A stretch of 64,000 nucleotides of DNA from Lama guanicoe (GCA_013239625.1 MU053652.1:9216507-9280506); one strand, 5' to 3'; shown: positions 25,961 through 39,814, counted from the stretch's first letter. Numbers and translations are program-made. Notes: generated by a model from the sequence alone, not told the origin.

Positions 25961-28900
25961 ATGTAAAATGTATTTGCACATCTGAAAGAATATTTCTGAT
26001 TCTACAGCTGAATTGGTTAGAGACAAATATATAAATATGTTTGAAGATTGGGTAAAGAAAAACTTGAAACCCATGTTTCATTTCTCATTTTGGATTTTAC
26101 AATAAAACCTTCTCCTTATTCACATGAGCCTGCATGCATTAGCAAGCATTAACCACATTTTTAAGTTAAATTTAGGAAATCATTGCCAAGTCCACACATG
26201 GCAGGCAATCTGAGCACGCCAGATACCAAGAAAACTAGAAACAAGAACCACAGCAAAACAGGCAATGCAGTAAGTCACAGATCACCTTATTGGCAATGAT
26301 GATCAGACTGAGCGGATCATTTATTCTTGGGTAAACTTTGAAACAACCTTATTTTATTTTGTGCCTTACTTCTAACAATACTTTTTGTTTAGGTAAAATT
26401 CAGTCCAAGCCCAAGTATCTATCCATTAAGTGGGAAAATCTGGCAATTTGGGAGTTTGCAACCTATTCTGAAATAGATGTGGATCATATGTTAAAACTGC
26501 CGCCAATGTGTTGTCTGATTCACTATGTAGTTACATCTGGGCAAGGCAGAAAGAGTTTCTTGACTTCATTCCAGGGTATTGACTGAAAATTCATTTTTGC
26601 CGTGGGTTTCATTTTGACTCTTTTCTTCCATTGGTCTAGGAAAAAAGAAAGCTTCGATTCATAGGAAGCATATTCATTACAATAAAACAGCCTGACTTTT
26701 TCAATGGATTTTTAAAATATTCTCGATTTGTCAATATAAGGTTAATAAGCCACATTAAGCCTACTTGAGCTTAGGCAGTAATTCAAAAAGATATCAGGGT
26801 GAGCACTGTAGATCTACCAAATTTAAACCACAGACATATATCAACATTTTGTGCTTCTTTTCACCAATTCTTGGGATCAGAGATACAGACTCTCCCTTTG
26901 AGTCCTGACCTTGGACAAAGTCACACGTCTTTGCTTGTATTTCTACAACAGTAAAATAGCAAAAGGTGTCTCCTGTTTGTTAACAAGCATGCTACAACAA
27001 AAGATAGGGCATATGTTAAGCCATTTTGAGTTCCTTATTAAAAATGTGCTTTTTCAATTCAGGTCATTTTCTGAATTTATTTTTCAAGTATTTAGTTTTT
27101 CCTTTCAATAGTGAAGCAAAAAAAAAAGTGAAGCAAAAAAAAAAAGGGATGTATGTGCATAGCATGATAGCATATGCATGCTCAGTCACAAAATTATTCG
27201 TTTACTGTTGTTGTTTGAATTTTAGCCTAAAGTATTCTTTAATCTTAAAGATAAGTATGGACACTCAATGCAGACAGAAAAATACAAATCCCTATATTCA
27301 AATGTTGAACTGAGTCCCACAAGAACAATGTGAACACTAAAAAACATAATATTTAATGTTAATTAAACTTAAAGGGACTATCCTTATCTAATTTCCCAGC
27401 TACATTCTAAAATGAGTATATTTTAAATAGCAGGATTTTTAGAACATTTATGCTTTCCATGTTTCAGAACACTTAAGGGAGTTTTAAGATCATTATTTAC
27501 TTATTCATATTGTTTACATTTTAAACAAGTTCTGCATTTTAGAATCACTTTCCCCACTAGCAGTTTTAAAGAATTAAATGCTTTGATGACATCCTTAATT
27601 AGTTGGCTTTCAATTATTAATAAGCACTTACCTATAATAGTCACTCACTTTGCTCTTAACTATATGAAAATTACATCTATTGCTTTATTGATACAGATGT
27701 TTCACCGCCACCAGACTATCAAGAGATAATTATTATTCATCATCTTATTTTTCTCTGTTATAACATGTATTTGAAGCGAGTGGAAACTGCTCAAATCCTA
27801 TTGGGTCAATTGATTGATAACAGTATAGGGAAGCTCTATCTGGCTAGAAGAATCATTTTATTTGCTTTCCTCTGCTTGATACTTGAATGTGCACCCTGCT
27901 CCCATTCCCAGCCCTGTTCCCCCCACAATGCCTCTCTGCACAGCACGCTACTTGTGCTCTCTTATTTTCCTCCTGCAGACATATGCATTTTCCATGGAAC
28001 CTGGTGTCTCCACGATGCTCATTCTGTGACCCACCAACATCTACTTTAAGAGGAGAGGAGTCAAGTTTAATCATCAATCACAACACACTTATTTTCAAGT
28101 CTTGCCTTGGTGACTGCTCCTGACCAGTGACAGCACTGGGTCTTCCTGGCCCAACGTCTTAACAGCTTTTCTCAACTTTTGCCTGGAACTTGAAAGCTCT
28201 CTGCAGTGGCAGATGCTCAAAGATGCTCATCAGGTTGCCTGGATAATCCAGGTTACTGCACTCAGAGGAACAATATCTAAAATGCATTCCTGTTTAGTAC
28301 ATAATGAACAGCCTTGGAGAATACGGCTCATTAGTTACTTTTTACACACAATCACAAATGGTTGGCCAGGGATTGGCTGTATTTATTTTGGAATAGTTAA
28401 CTCAGTTGGAACAAATACGTTTTCTCTCCAGGTTTATCGTCCTGTTTGTGAGGAGGTCAAGAGACTGAACAAGTCAATGCAGTGTTTCAACCTGGACTTC
28501 AACCAGGACTCTGCTGGCATTTTGCCCTCGAGTCACTGGGCCACTGGGACACCTCAAGATAATTAACATATTCCTGCAGTGTCTAATGTGATAATGGTGA
28601 CGGGTAAATGTAAAAGAGCATCTTACAACAGACCAAGAGTACGACCTTTGTAACTCAAGGGAAAATAAAAGGTGTTTTTCATGAAAGGATTTAGGCCTTG
28701 GGATTTATACACGATATATCATAAAGATGTAAGATACTGAGATAGAACTTAACGTTTTCTTTAATATATTTTTAAACATCTATGTGACTTCATACCTTTC
28801 TGAAGTTTATGCTTTTGCCATTGACTTCCTCAATGGCAAATATTTTTTGGTGGAAAATGTTCAATTGATAATCTAACATATGTGTAGCCAAAGACACATT

Positions 28901-29339
28901 GATTTATCCTTGTAAATAAAATTTCATAATATCCATTTGGTGCTCAAGTAAATGCTGTTTTATCGATGTCTTGAGCTTTACAATAAAAGAACAACAGAGT
29001 GACTGAACAGATCTATGATTAAATGAAATGCTACAATCACCACTCTAAGTTTACTCTTACATATAAAAATGGCAAATTTTGATTAAAAATAATACTCTTC
29101 TCCCATATTTATTCTTTAAATGGTCCTACAGACTGAATATAGATTACAGGAGAAAAAGGCAAGGGCTAAATGTTGAGTGATCTTGCATCTTTGTAACGAG
29201 CACTGACATTCATTAAATATTTTATATTTATGTTCTGGTTTACAGCTACTTCCCGCCTACAGTGGCTCAACTTCTCCAGTCCAGGGTGCCGCTCACAAAA
29301 ATGAAGAGCTGTTTTTCATTTGTGATGCTGTAAAAGGCT

Positions 29340-29550
29340 GTGTATCAGAATGGGAAGAGGCTGGAACTAGAGACGGAGCCAGAAGAGCTGGGAATGTAAA
29401 TCCTGGCTTCCGAATTTCCCAGCTGTGGACCTTTGGAAGAGCCCTTTGCCCCCGGAGCCTCAGTCCCTCTATCTGAAAAATAAGTTCCTCTATACTGGCC
29501 AGGTGGTTTGGGGTCCAGTGAATTAATTCATTTGAATGTGTTTATAAACA
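29340..29550 (+). mobile_element. MIR SINE
   Basis: ggagccagaagagctgggaatgtaaatcctggcttc...agctgtggacctttggaag...gagcctcagtccctctatctgaaaaa. Confidence 0.75.
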
Positions 29551-32500
29551 TCAGCAATTATGCTTTCATCTGGGAAGAAAACCGAACCCGATTTACACAT
29601 TATTTCGTAGAGTGAACAATGGTTATTTAATGTATTATGTAAGGCAGGAATGTCCTCTATCCTTTCTTTTATGTTCCACGTGAGATATTATCCAATTACT
29701 GTTGCTTAAAATGGCTGCTGGATTGCTTACTAGCTCTCTGGGTAAGTCAGTGCTTCTAAATCTCAGTTCCCATATCTATAGAGTGGGTATAACAGACATT
29801 ATCACATATGTTTAGGATAAAGCACACATAGCTACTAGTCAATAAATATACATATGGATATATTACATTTAGAGTTTGTCCTGCTATTGTTTTTTTCCCA
29901 ACTTCAACGATTTCACTGATTCTGTATCTTCTTTGCAAAACAACATACTTTGCCAGCAAATGGGGAGTGGCAAGTCATTTTACATGAAGATATTTCAGAA
30001 ATATGTTCAATGAATTCGAATACAAGAAGAAGTACACATTTTTTAACCGATGATTTTATAGTCAGTTTTACTCAATAACATACTAATCTAACTGAAAAGA
30101 TCTAAAGGAGAACTAAGCTTTCAATAATATACAAATTTTAATTTAACCAAAATCAATTCATTTTAAAAGCTGAATAGCTACAGAAATAGCTTCAAAGCCA
30201 ACGAGCATATAGAATTCTTCTTCTATCACATTAGCAATACCCACAGTTTAGATTTTCGCATCTTCAACATCCACGCAACTACCATGAATCCAAATGGAAG
30301 TCAAAGTCATAGAAACTATCCTACCATAACAGACCTAATATAGACAACAGTGTCTCATGCAAATAAGAAAATCTGAGGCCAGAAATTCAAATACCATCAA
30401 AAAGTGACAGTAGATAGTTGAGGAAGTTGACCAAACCACCATTAAAAATCAGAAAGATACATCAACCATACTTCAATTTAAAAAAGTCAGAAAGACAATC
30501 CCAAAAGTAGAAATGGACTATTTAACGATGTGAAAATGGCTTTCATTCTTCAATAGTGTTTTAAGAAATTATTACAGATATGAATACTGATACATCACTT
30601 AAGAAGTTAAATTATATTAAAAATATCGTCAATAAGTTAGAAAAAACTTAACATTTTAAAAAAATTTTCATTAAAATACTGGGTAGAATTTGTGCTTCAA
30701 AGGATGTCCTCCAGTTAACTTAAAAAATTCAGCGCTGTGCAATGCCCCATTGCATCACAATAGTGCCAAATGGGATATTCACGTACAATTCATTTAACAG
30801 TCAGCGGCTTCATATTCAACTCCATGCACTCAGGATGCACAACGCAAACAAAACAGGGCCTCTTCAAGGAGGTCACAAACTAGCAGCATAATGCCTCAAG
30901 TGCTTGAACATGTCATTCAAGTTCACTGGCAAGCTAAGAAAACAGTAACTACAGACATACACTTTACTTTAAACTACCTTTTATAACCCCAGGGAAAGTA
31001 GCTTACAGACAGTCAACTCCTTCAGTTTTAAGAGATATCTGCAGAACTCCAACTAACTGAAATGTCTTGCTTCATATAATATTTAACTGAAAGGAATGTT
31101 TTTCGTGACGGTGGAACTCCCAGAAGCCTCTCTGGTATCAGAGCAAGGAGCACTGTTAAGCCAAGAGCTTTGGCTCTTCACAAGAAGATCCCAGCTAGAC
31201 CCCTGAGGCTCTGCCCCCATCTTCTACCTGAACACCCCTGGGTAGTAGAGTGGCTACGGGTGCACTGCTCCCTCCTGAGTGCCTGCGGATCTGCGGTGGT
31301 GTTCCGTGCCAGTGGACCTGGTGGTAACGCCATGCCCTGCCCCAGCTTTCTCATCTCACGCAGAGCCCCTGCCCGTTAGCAGGGCTGGGTGTGCAGTACA
31401 CTGAGATGCCCTATGGGTCTTGCTTATTTGTCTCTCTTCAGAGGGAAAAAGACCACCCCCATCGCACTGGAACATCCAACAAGAATCAGTGTAATTTTAC
31501 CAGACCCTTGGACAATGTTGCCCTTAATTCCCAGCCTACCAAATTATTTATGGGAAACCAGCAGTGCTCTTGGATCTAACAAGAAAACCCCGGGATGCTT
31601 TCACCTCTCAAACCAGCCTGGCACATAAGTGAATAAATGAATGAAAAATATGAGCCTCACTTTGTGTTCTGTTCTGTGCTCAGAAGTATAGCAAGTATCC
31701 ACTAAAAACTCTTCAAGAAGAAAAGGCATTGAGGGTTTTATTCCATGGTCTTTAACAATCTTAGTATGCTTTAGTTTTAATCATATTTTTCATTTTGGTC
31801 TTTAAATACTACTGACCACTCAGGACAGTTCAGGAAAAAAAAAGATTAACAGATGATTTACGATTTTAATGAACTTGATTCTTTGAATTCAAGGCACATC
31901 TTGAGGATTTTTCACAAAAACAATTGATCCTTTTCACGGCTTAATGCCGCTGTAACTTCCTGCACACAGTGAGCGGATTGCCATGGACACACGCTCCCGT
32001 GCCTTTCACACTCCCTAGTCTCCAGAAGTTTACATTCCGGTATGAGAAGAAAGAGCAGTGGGATCTTTTCTATGCATGATGCTGACTTAGGATCTTAAAC
32101 AACACACACTTTTGTGAGTGATGATACAGATCGCTACCAGAAATTTCTAGTATGCTAAAAAAAACTTTTTCTATGTGAGTGAAAAAGTAAATGCTTTAAA
32201 AATTCAGAGAACATCAAGCAAATGAATGATTTAAGACAGTGGTAGACACTTTGGCTTTCACAGAGGTGTAACAACCCAGCTCAGAAAAGCTTCTCTTTAA
32301 ATAGGTGCTGTATACAGAGGTAAAGAGGACACGTATACAATTTAAAAAATAAATATAGTCAGTGTAGCTGGATAATTCCAGGCAACAGGACAAGTTTTCT
32401 CCAGAAACTCAGTTGGATTATTTTTGTCTGAACCTTATGAATGATTTCCTGAATTGTTTATTTAATCTGTACACTGGGAATTCTTTTGGTTAAATATTAA

Positions 32501-32884
32501 ATAATGTAAAATTCTACCCAATCTTCTATCGTATTGACAGTGCTCAATAAACAAGAAATGAGAGAAAACTTTCCCTCATACCTGCTGCCTAAGGTAAGAG
32601 AATTGTCCCAATCTTTCTGTAAGCAATCCCAAGAGAACGTTCATTTTACACACTACCTATTGATTGGTTTATAATATTTATCAAATTAGCAGAGTTTAAA
32701 TGCAGCATCATTTTATCAAATATGTGTTTCTTAAATAGATGAATTAATTTAATGTCTGTAAACACATAAAACGTAAAAACATCTAGAGATGTGCCAACTT
32801 AAGTTAAAAATTCAGATATCTCACCTACTCCAGGCATCCTGCTGATGATACAGATGAAAATTTCCAGGGTCAGTTCCCCTAATG

Positions 32885-33032
32885 TAGGTCTTCTCAAACT
32901 TTTCCACATCGTAACTTGGTTAGATGATATTCTGTGCAATGTGTTGAGTTAACACGTAAAAGCTGAGCAGATAAATAGCAGACACACCTGTCACCCGCTA
33001 GGGGCACCACAACAGGATGGTGGGAAGCTCTG
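32885..33032 (+). mobile_element. Small hAT-Charlie MITE (Chap1a_Mam-like; subfamily uncertain)
   Basis: Imperfect TIRs taggtcttctcaaac ... ggtgggaagctctg, with internal cttttccacatc and cacacctgtcaccc motifs. Confidence 0.55.
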
Positions 33033-33059
33033 CCCCACCACCCTCAGGTCACTCCTCTC

Positions 33060-33950
33060 AGAGCCTTTGCTCAGCCACGTCCCTGCCTGGGCACCTCTAC
33101 TTTCTCCCTCCTCTGCTTCCCTACCCACTCCCAGTCCTTCTCGTCCTTCATGCGGTCTTTGAATACCACTTCTTCAAAGAAGTCCCTTGTTATAACTCTT
33201 ACACAATCCTCACAATTATAACTGAGTATTAACTTGGGTAATAATTTGCTGGTAGGCTACCTATTCCTGGAGAATTGGAAATGTGTCCATCTTGTTCTGC
33301 TGTATACTTAGCACCTACCATAGGCACACAGCAGGGATTCAGTAAATATTCACTGAACGACTAAACCACAAATTAAGGATTTAAAATCTCAGGGGAATGT
33401 TCCCCCCCATGTTTAATTCATTTACCCTTCCCTGGTCATCAGCATTTTCCAGACCAGTGACTCTGCTAAATCTCTCCATTTACTATTAGGAGCCAACCCA
33501 ACATTTTGTTATTGCCAAGAAAACAGAAGCCACTGCACAGGAAAATTTGCAAGATCCCCCCACTCCACCTTTTAATCACCTGTTATCTTCACTCATAGGA
33601 TTCTTTCCCCTTGTCTGCACACTCTCCCATCCTCTGACCTTCTCCAGGATTTCTTGGGCTTCAATCTCTCTTCACTGGATTGTGTTCTTGAGCTCTTGTA
33701 ACTCACTTAAGTCTGCTACCCTAAAATTCCTCTTCCCTAGACCCCTCTTTACCAAATGCACTAAGCCTCTGTTCCTCCACACATTCTTCTAATGGCACTT
33801 GTCATTCTCCTTCATGAACAAAGGTGTGTCTGCCTCCTTACTGTCTGGGGTTCATGTTTAGAGCAGAAACCAGCGAATCCTTGGATCCTCTCTGGTCCCA
33901 GGTACAGAGTAAGTGCTCAATACATACTTAACACAAAAATGAATAAAAAG
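33060..33950 (+). mobile_element. Two L2 fragments (about 33060-33365 and 33400-33950)
   Basis: Two L2 3' termini: ggcacacagcagggattcagtaaatattcactgaa and ggtacagagtaagtgctcaatacatactt...atgaataaa. Confidence 0.6.
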
Positions 33951-34723
33951 GGACAACGAATACAGGATGATGCAAAACAGTGCCGAACACATTATCAACT
34001 TTATTGAAATCTCTTATTTTGGTTTCCCCCAAGTGACTGCTCTCAAAGAACAATGGATAAGGAAACAATACTGTAACAAAATGCCAACTTTGCCTTGTCA
34101 TTATTCTCACGTAAAGTGGCTGCAGCTAATGAAAATGTATGAAACTTACTTCAAACTCTCTCCTGAAATGAGTTTTTTAAATCTAATACTTCTATCAATT
34201 ACTGGAATCTTTAATTATATATTAGCCCTTTATGGGTAGAAGAATCCAAGTTTTCGTACTGCTGGAAAATACTTCAACATAATTTTCTATTTCAAATGTA
34301 ACATGGAAACTGACGTTTCCCTTTTCATAACAGCTTGACTTTTTATTAACAACTCTTTCATAGAACTGTAATGAATTTCCCCCTGTTGAATTCTTCCTGT
34401 GTGGATTTGCCACTGAGATAAATGTAAGACCGACCTGGCTGTCTAGGTGCCTAAAATGTTGACTAGCTTATTGAAATGTTGAATAGCTCATTAAAATGAA
34501 AGGCATTTCATGCACATGTGTGTATAAAATTAAAAGGCTTCTAACATATAATTTTTTTCTTACATATTGTATATGATACAATAGGTCGTACTCTCTGAAA
34601 GGTACAGATACAAAGCTATCCTATGCCTTCAAATAGTAAAGAAAATGGAAAATATACAAGTAAATTCTGTGGGAAAAAAAAAACTCATATGAATGAGGCT
34701 CCAGTCAACTGCTTGGGGAAATG

Positions 34724-35027
34724 CAGGCATACCATGGTGATAACTGTGGATTTGGTTCCAGATAACCACAATAAAATAATACTGCAATAAAGTGAGTCAC
34801 TCGAATTTTTTGGTTTCCCGGGGTATATAAAAATTATGTTTACATTATACTGTAGTCTAGTAGGTGTACAACGGCATTATGTCCAAAAACCAATGTACAT
34901 ACCTGTAAGAATGCTTTCTTTCTAAAACATGCTAACCATCCTTTGACAACGTATCTTCAATTCATAAAAAAACACAGTATCTACAAAGCACAACAAAGCC
35001 AATCACAATAAAATGAAGTTATGCCTG
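34724..35027 (-). mobile_element. Internally deleted Tigger1-derived non-autonomous transposon (Tigger1a-like), both TIRs present
   Basis: caggcatacc... at 34724 and ...gttatgcctg|TA at 35027 (left TA decayed to TG). The interior joins the two Tigger1 ends (tttggttccagataaccacaataaa; cagtatctacaaagcacaacaaag). Confidence 0.85.
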
Positions 35028-36234
35028 TAACAATGTTTACATTGCAAACTACCTGAGAATGGGACTGCTTTCTCCATGACTTTTTCTCTTCGTTTTGAAA
35101 CTTTCTCTCAGCAACCTCTGGCAGGGGAAAGACCTTGGAAAGTTTACCGTCTTTCATAATCACTTTTTTCCTACCAACCCCTGCCACCCACCTAGGTTTC
35201 AGGAAAGGGATGGGCTGTGGAAGGTCAAGAAAAGGAAGAAGTTAAGAACCAGAGGTGGGGGAGGGCCACGGTACACATCACTCAGGTGTGCATCAGACTT
35301 CAGACCTGAATAGTAACTTTAAAAGTATTCAATAGAGAAACATCTGTTCTTTACGAAAGAAAACCACACTGTATACTTATTCGTTGTTACAAATTCCTGG
35401 GACAAGAATAAAGGAAACTTATTTTATTAAACTGGCCAACTACAATGTAATCAGATTAATCCATAATTGATGTTTTCAAATAAACAGTCAAAATGAGAGC
35501 ACAGAACCTTTTCCTAATTATTCCACAGCTTGAATCTATGCAGGTTATAGCTGTGTAAATAATTATTAAGAAATGTATACGCTTTCTTTTCTAAGAAAGC
35601 TTTCTAGATGTTAGTGACATTTACTTCCCTGAAATGTTACCATTGAAGACTGAATGTAATGTGTTTTGAATAGAAGAAAGACTATTAATAAGTGCAATAT
35701 TGAACCTTTTATTAATCTTGGATATGAGTTTTGATATTCTGAAGCACAAAAATCTTCATCTTTGTAAACTAAACCTAAACTGAACAGATTATAAAAATGT
35801 CAGAAAACTTTCTACAAAATGTTTTTTGCTGCTGTTACCTAAGTTATTGTACAATCCTTTTTTTTTAATCCAAATCCAGAACTTCTATGGCTTTCAATGA
35901 AACATAATCATTTTTAAATGTCATTTTTGCATGGCTATGAATGCTGCTAAGTTCTAGTAACATATATTAGAATCCCAGTACTCTTTATTTGCAGTTTCTT
36001 CTGCTCACAAAATTGATGAAATATTTTTAGGAATAATCAGATTTTCCTACCATTTTAATCAATCCTATGTTCAAAATCTATCTCAAGTCACTTCTCTTCA
36101 TTCATCTTGCATTCAGCCCAGACTCAAACCATCACCATCTTGTCTATGAAATGGTTCAACTGCCTCCTAACTGGTGTTCCTTGTTTCGCCCATCCCTCCA
36201 TTCTTCCTGCCCTCCGTTCCTTTAATCCTCCTCC

Positions 36235-36700
36235 CTTCATTTAGTTAATTGATTCATTCAACCGATATATATTGACTGTCTATGCACCATCAAAGGCACC
36301 CGGATACACCAGTGAAAAACCAACCAGCAGCCTGTCCTTGCCGTGCTCTTGTTTTAGTAAGGGAACATTGAAAGTAAATAAGGAAGGTAACTGATGAGCC
36401 AGTCATGTAGTGTGTAAGAAGGTAAGTCTCTGGAGAAAAGTATTAGTGCGGAATAAGGCAGATGAACGAGAAGGCGCAATTTTACAGCGGGTGGTCAAGG
36501 ACAAGCTTGCTGAGAAGGTACCATTTAAGCAACGACTTAAAGATGAGTGAGTGAGCGTGTAGATACCTGCTGGGAGAGCAGCTCTGGTGCCGGCGCAAAG
36601 CCCCCAGGGCAGGACCACACCTGGTGCATTTAAGGAACAGCCAGGAGTCCAGGATGGCTGAGGCAGAGAGAGGGCAGGGAAGGAAACGAGGTGGGAAAGA
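36235..36700 (-). mobile_element. L2 3' end nested in an oppositely oriented L2 (about 36105-36190 and 36703-36772)
   Basis: ttcattcaaccgatatatattgactgtctatgc...gggtggtcaaggacaagcttgctgagaagg...aaggaacagccaggagtccagg. Confidence 0.75.
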
Positions 36701-36859
36701 TAAAGACTGCCTCTTCCATTCTCCTCAAACTTCCAACAGCCACCAGAGTATGTTTTCCTTTTAAAAATATTTATTTTTACCAAAAAAATGACCACGTAGT
36801 CTAAACCTTCAAGCACTACTGTGAGACTCACAATGGGAAGCAGCCGAACCTGCCTCATC

Positions 36860-38650
36860 TCACTCCACTTTTCTAGCCTGTTTTTCCAGAGACCACAATT
36901 TTCACCCCTTTTAGCTACTTCTTCTGCACTTTAACCTCGTAATTTTAGATAGGACAGTTTTACTGTGATTTCTTGACTTATGAATTTCGGACATTATGTA
37001 CTGCCTTTTTACTTTGATGGATGCGTTCCCCTCCAACTTAAATAGCCTCTTCTCCTCTCCAAACTTCCAACATGGAGATCATACTTTAAAAATATTCAAC
37101 AGTATAATTATGTTAATATTGATGCTGCCAAGCCAAGCAGTACACTATGATTACTTCCTTTCTAATCAACGTTTTCTTTTTCTTGCAGTTAATTAATGCC
37201 TTTATTTTTTAATTTGATTCATTTTCTCAGTACCAACTGCTAATTTCCCCCAAATCTGTAAAGCCTCTCGAGATCTCTAAAACACGGACAGATTTTGAAA
37301 TTGTCTGTTGTGGTCAACGAGTCAGGTAAGAGAGCATGTGGATTTTTAGCCCTGCAATCCTTTGGTTCCGATCGGAGGCACCGCAGCCCGCTGCCTAGCT
37401 GGTGTCCTCAGGTTCTCCTTCATCCTGACCGTGGTTTCATTGGTTTCAACTGTGGTTTCCTGAATTCCACGAATCCCCTTTGTGGGTTTTTTCTCTTGCT
37501 TTCGGTGGAGCGCTGAAACACATCCTCCAACCACTTCTGAGAAAAAGTGAATGACATGAAAGTTTCGAGCCTGCCTATGTCTGACAGTGCCGAGTTCTAC
37601 CTTCACATTCTAGGTTGTAATAACTTTGCCCCTTAATTTTTCAAGATGTGTATTGCTCTCTTCTATCCTCTGATTTCCAGTATTGACACTGAGCAATTTG
37701 ATGCCTTTTTTATTCTCAGTCCTTTGCAGATTGAGTCTGTTTTTTTTTCTCTTTAAAATTCAGAATCTTTTTTTTTTAATCTCCAGTGTTCTGAATTTTC
37801 ATTAAAGATACGCTTTTGATGTAGATCTTTTATCACCGACTATACTGGGTCTAGTTTGGCTCTTTAGGTTAGAGTTACACGTTCTTCAGCAATAAGATAT
37901 TTTCTTACTATTTTCCTTTATAAATTTCTCTTGTTTCTCTTTTTCATTTTTCTGAAAGTCCTATTAGTTAGCTATCTAACTCCTATTAGTTAGATACTTG
38001 ATTTTCTGGATTGATAATCTTCTTTTGATGATCTCCTCTCTCTTTATTGTCCATGTCTTTGGATTTTTGTTCTACTTTAACGAAAATTTTCTACCTAACA
38101 TTTGATAGTTTATTTCAACAATTATTTCTTCAGTAGTTAAAAAAATCCTGAGGGCTCTTTCTTGTTCTCTTATTATGCCAATTTAAAAGAATCTTGTTCT
38201 CAAGTTATGAATGCAGTATCTTCTATTATGTCTCTAAATATATTAATTCTATATTTTATAAAATTTCACTTGACTTTCTGCTTTGTCTCAGTTTCTCCTG
38301 AGTTTCTTTTTTCTGCTTATTTGTTTATTTTGATCACCTTAAGCTGAAGGCTTTGCTTTAATACCTGGTTATCCTCAACTGGCCCTTCTTGTTTATGAAT
38401 AACAAACAAAAATACAGAGCAGATGTATTTGGTGAGTGGAGTTTGTCCGGTGATGCATTTCACTTTAGATCACAAGATAAGATAGATTTTTCACTGTAGA
38501 GTTCTAAATACTCAGATCTGTTTTCCACATGCTTTTGGCATTCTGGGACCAAAACGTAGGAAAGCACCAGAAGACCTCACATCTGACACTCGGACCTTTA
38601 GTTAAGTCCCCTATTTTCACCCCCATGATTCCTTCTTATCTCTGCTATGC
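36860..38650 (-). mobile_element. HAL1/old L1 ORF1-region remnant, about 1.8 kb
   Basis: T-rich tract with tttccagtattgacactgagcaatttgatgcc, ccagtgttctgaattttcat and gatacttgattttctggattgat, resembling antisense HAL1. Confidence 0.6.
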
Positions 38651-39432
38651 ATGGGTCTCCAAGGCAAGATGTAAAGGGCAAGATGAAAGTCTTAATTTGA
38701 AAATAGAAGAGATAAGCTTAGCACACACGCACAGTACATACATATAACAATCAGACATGTCGCAATACTAAAGCCTAAACATGTCTATGGATTTCTGACA
38801 AATCCTAAATAAATTTCCATGAAAACTTCAGGCACCAATGAATACCCATGCAAAATTCAACATCATTGATTTTTTTCTATGTAAAAAAAAAAATTTGCTC
38901 TATACTTGCAATTTTCTAGCCCTCACTCAAGACTATCCGACATTTATTTCAAAAAGATGAGTAGCACTGTCACTGGAGTGTCACGCATGATGTTATTCTA
39001 GCCTGAAAACTGCTCACTGGGAATATTTTTAGGTTCTAAATGGTTATTTAGTGACCTATTTTAGAGTTTCAGTTCACTCAAGTTTCTAATTTTTAAGAGG
39101 AGCATCCCTAAAGTGTGGTCATTTGTAACTAAAGGGCAGCAAAAATACAGAGAAAATCATTACAGAAGTATAAGGTCCATTCCAGAGCACAGGTGTTGTA
39201 AGGCTGGTGAGGACTAACATCAGAAGCCCCACGAGGGAGGCTGGGTGAGAAACTAAATCTGATGCAGAAACTAAAATACAGCACAGACAAGAAGGAACAT
39301 AAATGTCGGATGCATCAGCATTCTTAAAAGGAAGAGAAAAAACTGAACACAAACTAAGAAATAGAAATATTGTGCAGTTGATAGTCTTTTCCAACACAAA
39401 CGAACCACACATTGGATAAGATCTGCTATTTC

Positions 39433-39571
39433 CAGTATCTTGTAGTAACCTATAATGAAAAAGAATATGAAGATGAATATGCATGTATATGTATGACTGA
39501 ACTATTATGCTGTACACCAGAAACTGACACAACAACATTGTAAGCGGACTATACTTCAATTAAAAAAAAAC
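39433..39571 (+). mobile_element. Younger 5'-truncated L1 3' end with A-tail and 15-bp TSD
   Basis: cagtatcttgtagtaacctataatgaaaaagaatatg...tatacttcaattaaaaaaaaa, flanked by aagatctgctatttc (39418-39432) and aagatctgccatttc (39572-39586). Confidence 0.9.
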
Positions 39572-39814
39572 AAGATCTGCCATTTCTGATGCACCAATTC
39601 AGCTGCTAAAGAAGTGGCTGAACGAGATGCAAATGCAGGTGAATACCAGGTGGCTAAACATACAAGGCTGCGATTGTGTGGCCAGAGCATAACTAACCAT
39701 CACCAAAGCATTTCACCCAAATACTGACGAGACATTACTCGTAAGTGTTCTACCAGCAAATGAGTACCCATCCCTAATTTAAAACATGGCGCCCGTCCCC
39801 TTCCTCTACACTTG

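Noticed and set aside
26003..26025. tRNA A-box-like agctgaattggttagag
   Set aside because: No B-box or cloverleaf follows, and the match is too short to call.
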